NCBI RefSeq assembly: GCF_006345805.1
Contig: NW_021825372.1
Coordinates: 1-15,831 of the forward strand
Reading direction: 5' to 3'
DNA from: Octopus sinensis
Lineage: Eukaryota
Length of the DNA: 15,831 bases
Shown: positions 1 to 8,325 of the stretch, piece by piece
Position numbering within the stretch: position 1 is the first letter of the stretch
How the letters are laid out: every line of letters begins with the position of its first letter
The notes under the pieces: model-generated
The model's database searches: none
What the model saw: the letters and a program-made list of their open reading frames with translations, nothing else
What the model was told of the DNA's origin: nothing
Made by a program: the position numbers and the translations under genes

Positions 1-345
1 ACATTTTCACTATGGCCGGTCTTATCTAATGCAACCCGGATTTCATTTGAAACAGAATTTATATCCCCACGAGATCTGTAACTAGTGCTGGGTCACTAGA
101 TCCCGTTGATACGTTGAAATAATCCATTATGTCGCCACGGTCTCGTCGTTTTCTTTCATAGTTTATTAAAATTTTACCTGTAGTTAAAATTAAGTCAATA
201 TCAGACTTAGATAAAGTCGAGTTCTCCATGGCAAATATCAAAGTCCTTATTCAATAGAAATGGATTCATAGAAAGTGCATGAAATGTGTATGTTTTGTCA
301 TTCTCTAGGTTTTGAGTAATAAAGACTGACGGATTTGTAAATTCG
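1..345 (-). pseudogene. Possible decayed non-LTR retrotransposon ORF1 (gag-like, I/Nimb/Jockey type) fragment
   Basis: Joining minus-strand frames across about 2 frameshifts gives ...ALSMNPFLLNKDFDICHGELDFI/SKSDIDLILTTGKILINY...LVG/DINSVSNEIRVALDKTGHSENV. This loosely follows the ORF1 N-terminal pattern SPFxIxK..G....KK..SGxLLV...EEIxxxL..xGV. Similarity judged by eye only. Confidence 0.25.
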
Positions 346-551
346 TAAGAATAAATTTGAAATTGGAGATTTAAAAAAAATTTTATTTGTGTATATAAAA
401 GTAGAAGAATATTATTTAAGTAGATGTATTTAGAAATTTATTTTCATTATTCTTTTTTCTTCTCGGAAAGATGGATCTTGCAGCGTTTGCTACTATAAGC
501 ATTCTATTGTTAGATGGAGTTATCTACTCTGAGAAATTACTAGGTGTTCCA

Positions 552-641
552 TAGAAATTACTGAGCGTGTATAAACGGAAGCCGAATTCCTGTGACAAAT
601 ATATCACAATATGTGAACTTTGCATCACTGAGAAAATTCTA
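552..641 (+). pseudogene. Possible second PLE GIY-YIG C-terminal remnant
   Basis: Frame reads *KLLSVYKRKPNSCDKYITICELCITEK, paralleling WKILAKRKPYTNGSGKCGVCDMER of the 4639-4986 fragment (W-K-x-L..KRKP..CxxCxxE[K/R]). Cut off by the SINE at 642. Confidence 0.3.
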
Positions 642-838
642 CCGCTCGACAACCGGTGTTCGTGTATTTACGTCCCCGTAACTTAGCAGTTCGGCAAAAG
701 AATTCTATACAATAAGTACCAGGCTTAAATACATAAGTACTGGGATCGATTCATTCGACTAAATGTTCTTCTACACGGTGCTTCAGCATGACGGCGAACT
801 AATCCCTGAAATAAGTAAATGGCAAAAGATAAAAGAGT
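642..838 (+). mobile_element. SINE family A, 3' module only, diverged
   Basis: Aligns to the reverse complement of the 7195-7586 and 13433-13845 copies (acgtccccgtaacttagc..ttcggcaaaaga..taagtac..gcatg..aaaagagt tail). Confidence 0.85.
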
Positions 839-1084
839 CTTCGTTTCTTCTTTGGAAAGAAAATTCTTCCGAGGAGAAAGACTTCTAATAACAAGGAATA
901 AAATTCTTCCTGTCAGTTTCAACACGCATGCATTTAGGCCGTCGAAAATGTAGACAATCTGCTAATTGAATTAAAGAGCGAAGAGGTCGAGTATTCCAAA
1001 GAAGCGTGTACCGTCTATGTAATTCTGAAGCACAATCACACACGATGACCGTCTGAACAAAGAGCTTCTTATACGTTTCCCACT

Positions 1085-1234
1085 TAGCCAGCTTTATTTC
1101 GGCCTCCGATCAACCCAGTCTGTGTTCAGTTGATGGGAGGCTCTGGTAAAGACACGCTGAAACTACCCCGCATTGGGACTGAACCAGAGACCTCGAAGTA
1201 ACGAAGTGAATTTTCCACCAAATCTACCACACCT
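1085..1234 (-). mobile_element. Old SINE head (family A-like, tRNA-derived)
   Basis: tgggactgaacc (reverse complement of the B-box ggttcagtccca) and taaagacac resemble the family A head; heavily diverged. Confidence 0.5.
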
Positions 1235-1589
1235 CAGTTCCCCTGAGCACCAGTCTGTATATGTGTGTATGTATGTATATATTTGTACGCTATATGTACA
1301 TGTGTTTTTACACTGAGTGTACAATAATTTGTATGTAAACGAAATGCTTTTATACTAATATCATTAGTGACTTTTTTACTTCTTTCGCGAGGTGACAATA
1401 AGCGTAAAAACCAGCAAGAACTTTATAACTCAAGTGGGTAATTCTCTTCCAATTTCAGATGCACTCTGTTCAGGGTCTGACATAACAGTAATGGCTTTTA
1501 AAAAGACATTATTATCAAACACTTGTCGTGTCTTTCCCTCTAAACTTCAGGTCATGTGTACGTAATCAGCACATACTTTCATTTTTATG

Positions 1590-1599
1590 CATGTATATA

Positions 1600-1635
<36 letters not shown>

Positions 1636-1649
1636 TGTATGTATGTATG

Positions 1650-1680
<31 letters not shown>

Positions 1681-1795
1681 GTATGTATGTATGTATGTTT
1701 GTTTGTATGTATGTATGTATCTATGCAACTGTCTGCATATATATTTATGCAAATGTAAGTATATATATGTATAGATACACACACATATATATATG

Positions 1796-1836
<41 letters not shown>

Positions 1837-1910
1837 TAATTGATATCCCATAGTGGGTTACATTCATAACCCCTATCTTACTTTGTACTATATATATATA
1901 TATATATATA

Positions 1911-1949
<39 letters not shown>

Positions 1950-2050
1950 TAATTGATATCCCTAGTGGGGTTACATTCATAACCCCTATCTTACTTTGTA
2001 CTATATATATATATAATATTATATATATATATAATATATGCATATATATA
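1590..2050. repeat. Compound microsatellite (TATG)n then (TA)n, containing a duplicated 57-bp unique unit
   Basis: Near-perfect TATG array about 1606-1720; TA tracts about 1799-1831, 1889-1944 and 2002-2050; units at 1832-1888 and 1945-2001. Confidence 0.95.
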
Positions 2051-2054
2051 TGTA

Positions 2055-2690
2055 CTGTCCCGCTCTCCCTCTCCTTCTTCCTCTCCCCCTTTCTCTCTCT
2101 CCCACTCTCCCTTCCTCTTTCGTCTTCACTCTCTCTCTCTCTCTACACACATACGCACACACACACGCACACACACATCTATATACTGCCCATCTATGGA
2201 CATTCATTTATGTTGTTCGTATGTAAGCATGTATGTCTATATGTATGTATATGTAGATATGTATGGAGTCTTCTCTCTCTCTGTATCTATCTATCTATCA
2301 ATATATCTAGCCATCTATTATTTTTCATGCTCTCCTTCCTCTCCTTCTTCTACTTCCTCCTCCCACAACCTTTCCTCAAATCTTCATTCCCCCGCCTTCT
2401 TGCACCGGCACCTTCTCCCTATTCGCACATCACCCCCCGCCCCACCTTTTCCCTGGCTCTTTCACTGTCTCTGTTCCGTTGTACTCGACTTTACTCTCAA
2501 TTTACAAAGCACTGTTACATAATTCCATTCAAATTGAATAATACGATAATTCGATTTCATCAAATCTATGTTAAAATAAATCTGATTCCCACCGAACGCT
2601 AATTCATGCCTCCACCTCCCCTTCCTCCTCCTCCTCCTCCTCCAGTCCTTTTCTCCACCTTGTCCTCCTCTGCCGCCGCCGCCGCCGCCA
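2055..2690. repeat. Low-complexity polypyrimidine region: (CT)n, (CA)n, (TATC)n, (CCT)n, (GCC)6
   Basis: Direct reading; (GCC)6 at 2672-2689. Confidence 0.85.
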
Positions 2691-2879
2691 CGCGAAGATT
2701 ATAAAAGCGAACCTGATGCCACTTGAGAAATGACATTACGCCATTCTCGACTTGATGGATTCTTCAATGTTATTTAGTGAAATAGAGACAAATCGATTCT
2801 AATGAATCTGACACAACACTGCTTAGTAATAACACGGATGAGTTTTTAAGAAAAACGCACGACACACCAGCATATGCAA

Positions 2880-3533
2880 TATTCTATACATACATACACA
2901 CATACATACTCACGTAAGTACATACATACATACATACATACATATATACATACATAGATACATACAATCATACATACATACATACATCCATACATACATA
3001 CATACATACACACATACATACATACACACATACATACATGCATGCATGCATACATAACGACATATGTAGGTACATACATAAGCACATATATGTATATATG
3101 TATGTATGTATGTATATATATACCTAAGCACATAGATATATGTATGTATGTATATATACATATACACACACTCACACACACATATATATGCGGGTAGACA
3201 CATAGATATATACATGTCTGTATTGGCATATATAACCATTTACCATTGACATCACACTCGTAGAATATATACCTGTGTGTGTGTGTGGGTGTGGTTATGC
3301 ATACACAAATGTATATGCAAACACATATATGTGTATGTATATACATTCATGCGCATACGTACGCACATACGCACACACAAAAACAGATAAACACACGCAC
3401 ATACGCGCACACACGGAAATACGCACACACAAACAAAGATACACACATACGCATGCGCACGCACTCACACACGCATATACGTATTCTTTCCTTTTGTGTT
3501 CATTTCACTTATGATATATTCACTCATATAAAC

Positions 3534-3568
<35 letters not shown>
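2880..3568. repeat. Degenerate compound microsatellite (CATA)n/(TATG)n/(TG)n/(CA)n/(TA)n
   Basis: Direct reading; source of the spurious MYVC/HTYI ORFs. Confidence 0.95.
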
Positions 3569-3570
<2 letters not shown>

Positions 3571-3627
3571 AGGTGGTGCTATTAAGTTAGACATGGCCTG
3601 GCCAATAATGGCCGAAACCTATCAAAG
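3569..3627. mobile_element. 59-bp cassette between two (TA)n tracts, probable PLE terminal fragment
   Basis: Flanked by TA tracts on both sides; shares taccaggtggtg and ttagacatg with 8688-8712. Confidence 0.35.
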
Positions 3628-3639
3628 TATATATATATA

Positions 3640-3820
3640 GCGAGAATTGACAAAAAACAACAAACAAAAGACGAAGACTGATGTGTAACAACAAACAGAT
3701 GTATTAGTTTAACGCTCGGAAGTGAGATAGTCTTTTACGTTTCGAGCCTACAGATAGGAACACAGAATAAACAGGGAGAGAAAATAGAAAAGGTAGTGGC
3801 TAGCGATCTATCATGGTGAA
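3640..3820 (-). mobile_element. PLE terminal-repeat-like cassette with the 3' half of a hammerhead-like motif
   Basis: Flanked by (TA)n on both sides; minus strand reads gctc-GAAAC-GTA-aaagac (3736-3753), the GAAAC/GUH half of a minimal hammerhead; no intact CUGANGA. Confidence 0.45.
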
Positions 3821-3874
3821 TATATATATATATCATATATATTATATATATATATATTATATATATATATATAT

Positions 3875-3949
<75 letters not shown>

Positions 3950-3957
3950 AATATAGT

Positions 3958-3989
<32 letters not shown>

Positions 3990-4500
3990 TATAAATATAG
4001 TTATATATCTATCCATATATATATATATATATATATAATATACACACACACACATTATATACATATAATTACATGTACAAACAGATATATATATATAAAT
4101 ATTATATATGTCTATGCATATGTAAACATACATACAATGCATGCATACACGCACACACACACGTATATATATAACCATGCACGCTTCATTATACGCACAT
4201 TCACATGCATACGCGGATAGACGTATATACAAATAAAAACACATACGCAAAAACATAGGCTGTAAAACATTCACATTCGCTGCAAAACTTGAACATCCAT
4301 ATGAGTTATATATGCGTACACAAATACACCCTCCTGTCTGTCAAACATACTACACCTGCAGATATATAAACGTATATACATACATGTATGAATGAAGGAG
4401 AAGAGTACAACAGATAGACTTTTTATACTCATATATATCCAATCACTTGCACACATGTATATATGCACACACATACCCATTTGATATATACTACACGCGT
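3821..4500. repeat. (TA)n and degenerate TA/CA-rich low-complexity region
   Basis: Direct reading; includes a 23-bp direct repeat at 3938-3960 and 3982-4004. Confidence 0.9.
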
Positions 4501-4638
4501 ATAAGTTACGCAATTATAAAGGGTGAAAAATAATATACAGAAAAAATATATATGGCAATAAAATATATATAAGAAATATATAAGAAATGTTAAGACATAT
4601 GAAAGGCTTGTACGTGGACATAGTATAAAAAGCAGGCT

Positions 4639-5320
4639 CTATTTGTGGTCTTGGTTGGGGGTGGGGCAAAAACGTGATAAATGTTTTGCCATATATGGAC
4701 ATGATCCAAAAAGTTCAGTTATTGAATTATGACATGCAGCTTGGTCTAAAGAACTTTTCCAGACGAGCCATCTTTCCATATCGCAAACACCGCACTTTCC
4801 ACTGCCGTTGGTGTAAGGCTTACGCTTGGCCAAGATCTTCCAGTGAATCTTATAGTTGACACCTTTTTCTTTTAAGGACCATATATAACTGGATAATTTG
4901 GTTGTTTTCCTTTTATCCCAGTGTCTGAAGCTTAAGGCGTGATTGTTGAACCTGGCTTTAACAATTTCTCTCTGTGTGACCCACATATTTCTTTGACGAA
5001 TATATGTCTTTGATGGTTGTAGAGTCTATGGGGGCTTCATAAATGATGGCCTCGGTCATACAAGCTCCATTTAGCGGGCGCAAATGTTTACCTCTGCAGG
5101 AACAGCCGGCTTCATTTTGTTGTTTTTGTGTGTTGTGTGCAATTGTATTTTTAAAGTTAGTAGTAGGACTAAAACTATTTTTAGATTATGCCTGTTAAAG
5201 ACCTTCCTATTATTATGATTGATTGGAAAATGCCTATCTATAAGTGATAAGAAATATCTACCTACATTAAAGGTCACTTCGGGGAGTAAGGTGCGTGAGC
5301 CAGATAATAACGTTTTGTTA
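4639..5320 (-). mobile_element. Penelope-like retroelement fragment: RT-EN linker plus GIY-YIG endonuclease (Naiad-like), frameshifted and 5'-truncated
   Basis: Stitched frames: PYSP/EVTFNVGRYFLSLIDRHFP..KVFNRHNLK / CSCRGKHLRPLNGAC (5104-5060) MTEAIIYEA (GIY-like) ..KKYVGHTE (YIG-like, 4987-4979) / KARFNNHALSF..TKLSSYIWSLKEKG..WKILAKRKPY..CGVCDME..ELFGSCPY. Matches the known PLE C-terminal endonuclease architecture. Confidence 0.9.
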
Positions 5321-5455
5321 AAAGAGACCGATAGAATAAGTTCTAGACTTACAAAGAATAAGTGATGGGGTTGATTTCTTCGACTTAAATCCTTTAAGGC
5401 GGTGCTCCAGCATGGCCGCAGTCAAATGACTGAAACAAGAAAAGAATAAAAGAAT
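5320..5455 (+). mobile_element. SINE family A, 3' module
   Basis: aaaagagaccgatagaataag..aaggcggtgctccagcatggccgcagtcaaatgactgaaacaag plus (aaaaga)n tail; matches the full-length copies. Confidence 0.9.
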
Positions 5456-5468
5456 ATATATATATATA

Positions 5469-5700
5469 GAGGCGCAATGGCCTAGTGGTTAGGGCAGCGG
5501 ACTCGCGGTCGCAGGATCGAGGTTTCGATTCTCAGACTGGGCGTTGTGTGTGTTTATTGAGCGAAAACACCTAAAAAAGCTCTACGAGGCTCTGGCAGGG
5601 GGTGGTGATCCCTGCTGTACTCTTTCACCACAATGGCGGTGCCCCAGCATGGCCACAGCTCAAGAGCTGAAACTGGAAAAACAAAAACAAACAAACAAAA
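5469..5700 (+). mobile_element. SINE family C head (tRNA-Arg-like) fused to an A-type 3' tail
   Basis: A box tggcctagtgg and B-box-like gtttcgattc; 5469-5633 matches the 11353-11734 copy, then switches to ggcggtgccccagcatggccacagc..ctgaaac. Confidence 0.85.
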
Positions 5701-5811
5701 AATATATAAGTGTATGTATATTTGAAAATATAGTGTTCTACTCAAGGATTTTTCTATTTCTCTTACACACACACACACACCACACACACACATATGTATG
5801 TAAATATATAT

Positions 5812-6146
5812 ACTTTATTTAAAAGAAGCAGAAATTCAACAAAACCTGTTACTCGGAGTTTTACGTCCGACGAATAGGAACGTGAAACTCCGAGTAACAG
5901 GTTTTGTTGAATTTCTGCTGATTTTAAATAAAGCATATTACTCTACCCCTGGTATTTGAGTACTCTTTTTTCCACCTTGTTTCACATTTATGTGTTTACT
6001 CCGGTATATATATATATATATATATATATACCGGAGTAAACACATAAATGTGAAACAAGGTGGAAAAAGAGTACTCAAATACCAGGGTAGAGTAATATGC
6101 TTTATTTTAAGCAGATTTTGTTGAATTTTCTGCTGCTTAAAATAAG
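5812..6146. mobile_element. Two back-to-back fold-back elements (probable inverted PLE terminal repeats) around a (TA)13 tract
   Basis: Perfect 34-bp inverted repeat 5828-5861/5885-5918; about 80-bp arms 5926-6004/6031-6107 differing only by two homopolymer indels; 13-bp inverted repeat ttattttaagcag/ctgcttaaaataa at the right end. Confidence 0.8.
5865..5900 (+). ncRNA. Minimal type I hammerhead-ribozyme-like motif with variant core
   Basis: gt-CCGACGA-ataggaacgt-GAAA-C-tccga-G-TA^-acag: core elements in hammerhead order, palindromic stem III (ACTCCGAGT); stems I and II are weak in this copy. Confidence 0.55.
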
Positions 6147-6185
6147 TATATATTATATATATATAATTATATATATATATATATA

Positions 6186-6216
<31 letters not shown>

Positions 6217-6306
6217 TGTATGTATATATATCTATGAATATACATACATCTCTAAATCTGAAATTACATACATATATGTACGTGCCTGTGTGTGTGTGTG
6301 TGTGTG
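6147..6306. repeat. (TA)n-(GA)n-(TG)n compound microsatellite
   Basis: Direct reading. Confidence 0.9.
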
Positions 6307-6932
6307 AAATCAAAATATACGTTTTTTAAAGCACATATATGTAGATATAAACGCAGACATAGGTTTTTACCTTCCGGCTAACAGAGAAACCTGATCAAAG
6401 AGCATGGAAAAAATTTCTTCCTCGAAAAAAAAAAATCCACTTACGAAAGATGCGACAGTGTAAGAAAAGAATCCGTATCAAAACAAAAAGAAAACAAATC
6501 ACCAATGATGGCATTATTTCATTACAATGACAGAACATCACGAATGTTGCAGAGGGAGATAGCTGGAGGATGTTACTGTCGCGAGTGTGTTTGTTGGCTG
6601 GTCGTAGGCGATGAGTGGTTGAGTTGAATGAAAATGTGTTTCTTGCGCAGCGGTGAAAACGTATTTGAACGATATTTGCGAACATTTAACAACAATTTTA
6701 TTTATTGAGCATAGAATCAACTGCATTGGTCTTATACAAAATAACAACAGCAATGACTACACACAGAGAGATATTTACTGCTTGGAGTTTACAGGAAGCT
6801 TACTGATACAGAAACATGTGGCTGGCCCAGAAAAAAAAAACTGGAAACAATTGTGCAGTATTAATGGTGACGGTGTCTTCTGTCGTCTGTCTGTCGTCTG
6901 CTTTAACCGTCTTCTTGGGTCGTCTGCCTGTG

Positions 6933-6938
6933 GTAAGT
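6933..6938 (+). promoter_or_regulatory. Candidate 5' splice donor (TG|GTAAGT) at the end of a non-repetitive segment
   Basis: Exact GTAAGT consensus; no partner acceptor or ORF identified. Confidence 0.2.
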
Positions 6939-7055
6939 ATGGAGACCCATCACGCGGCTGTCTCGCAATTTTGTTAGGCGAGAGCCGAGACGTGTGAATG
7001 AGTCGGTCTCAAAGCTCTGTTAAGAATATGGCACCCAAAGCGGCTCTTTATAGGC

Positions 7056-7153
7056 TACTCTTTTGTTCTTTTACATATTTCATTCATTAGACTGAGGCCA
7101 TGCTGGAGCACTGCCCTGAGGTATTTTAACTGGATGAATCGACTACAGTACCT
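7056..7153 (-). mobile_element. Old SINE A-type tail fragment
   Basis: tactc..ttttac..tttcattcattagactgaggccatgctggagcactgcc resembles the family A tail. Confidence 0.75.
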
Positions 7154-7194
7154 TGATACACACACAAACACATACACACACACAGACACATATA

Positions 7195-7586
7195 TACTCT
7201 TTACTCTTTTACTTGTTTCAGCCATTTGACTGTGGTCATACTGGAGCACAACATTTAATCGAGCAAATCGACCCCAGGACTTATTCTTTGTAAGCCTAGT
7301 ACTTATTCTATCGGTCTCTTTTGCCGAACCGCTAAGTTACGGGGACATAAACACACCAGCATCGGTTGTCAAGCGATGTTGGGGAGGGAGACAAACGCAG
7401 ACACACAAATATATACATATATACGACGTGCTTCTTTCAGTTTCCGTCTACCAAATCCACTCACAAGGCTTTGGTCGGCCCGTGCTATAGTAGAAGACTC
7501 TTGCCCAAGGTGACACGCAGTAGGACTGAACCCGGAACCATGTGGTTGGTAAGCAAGCTACTTACCACACAGCCACTCCTGGGCCT
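7195..7586 (-). mobile_element. SINE family A, full length
   Basis: On the minus strand: tRNA-like head (A box tggctgtgtggt, B box ggttcagtcc), internal TA/TG microsatellite, 3' module and (gagtaaaa)n tail; highly similar to 13433-13845; both flanks are TA-rich. Confidence 0.95.
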
Positions 7587-7690
7587 ATATATATATATAT
7601 AGATATTATATATATATATATAGATATTATATATATATCTATCTATCTATCTATCTATATATATATATATATATATAGGCTCATATATAT
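7587..7690. repeat. (TA)n/(TATC)n microsatellite
   Basis: Direct reading. Confidence 0.9.
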
Positions 7691-7699
7691 GTAGACATG

Positions 7700-7935
7700 T
7701 TAAACCTGATACTTATAATCTCGATCTCTTTTGAACCAAAAAGTAAACGGGGACATTAACATCCCAACACCGCCAACACTCTCAAGTGGTGGTAGGGACA
7801 AACACAAACACGCGCGCACACATATACGAAGGACTTGTTTTCAGTTTCCGTGTAGAAGACACCAGACCAAGGTGCCATGCATGTGTACTGAATCCAGAAC
7901 CATGTGGTTGAAGGTAATCTTCAATCATGTGCCGG
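7700..7935 (-). mobile_element. SINE family A, old and internally deleted
   Basis: cggggacattaac..ggacaaacacaaacac..tttcagtttccgt..gtagaagacac..ccaaggtgcca..aaccatgtggttg, collinear with the full-length copies. Confidence 0.75.
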
Positions 7936-8172
7936 CTTCATGATGATTGCCTGCTTTATAGACCAATCACGTGACACTGTTGTGGCTCGGTCGTGGAGTA
8001 TGACCAGCTATTAAACTGTTTGGTTTCCAATCACCGCTACATTACTACTCTGATATTCTTATATTCTATGCTATTTTACAGAGTTGACAAGCAAGGAATG
8101 GTGACCATTACCTTGTTCAGGGTCCGCGAGATTTGCGGAATGAATAAAGGGATGTATTCTTCTTCAACGCAA

Positions 8173-8325
8173 GCACGGCTGTGTAGTTAAGAAACACATT
8201 TTGTGAAAATATAGTTTTGGCTTCAGTCCCACCGCGCGGTACCTTCAGCAATTGTCTGTAGCTATAGTCCTGGGTCAAACGTATTTGGCAAACGGAAACT
8301 CTCCTCGGCTGGTAGTTACCACGAG
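8173..8325 (+). mobile_element. Old SINE family A head
   Basis: ggctgtgtagttaag..cttcagtcccaccgcgcggtaccttcagcaa..gctatag..atttggcaaacggaaact. Confidence 0.7.

Noticed and set aside
3596-3627. ggcc-aataat-ggcc-GAAAC as a hammerhead stem II plus core
   Set aside because: No upstream CUGANGA-like segment and no GUH after stem III.
1556-4513. Many 60-166 aa ORFs rich in MYVC/HTYI/IYIY (also at 15568-15825)
   Set aside because: They are translations of (TATG)n/(CA)n/(TA)n repeats, which lack stop codons in some frames; not proteins.
4639-5104. Possible selenocysteine recoding (reported for some Naiad PLEs)
   Set aside because: The Cys positions are TGT/TGC (one CGC); no in-frame TGA at them and no SECIS evident in the truncated 3' region.
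5469-5545. tRNA-Arg-like sequence (also 11660-11734, -)
   Set aside because: No proper acceptor stem or cloverleaf, and it continues into a SINE body; it is a SINE head, not a tRNA gene.
5812-6146. CRISPR-like or rho-independent terminator interpretation of the repeats
   Set aside because: The repeats are inverted and nested with no unique spacers, and the context is eukaryotic.
6395-6997. ORFs of 71-114 aa in the unique segment
   Set aside because: Non-ATG starts, no recognisable domain and overlapping on both strands.
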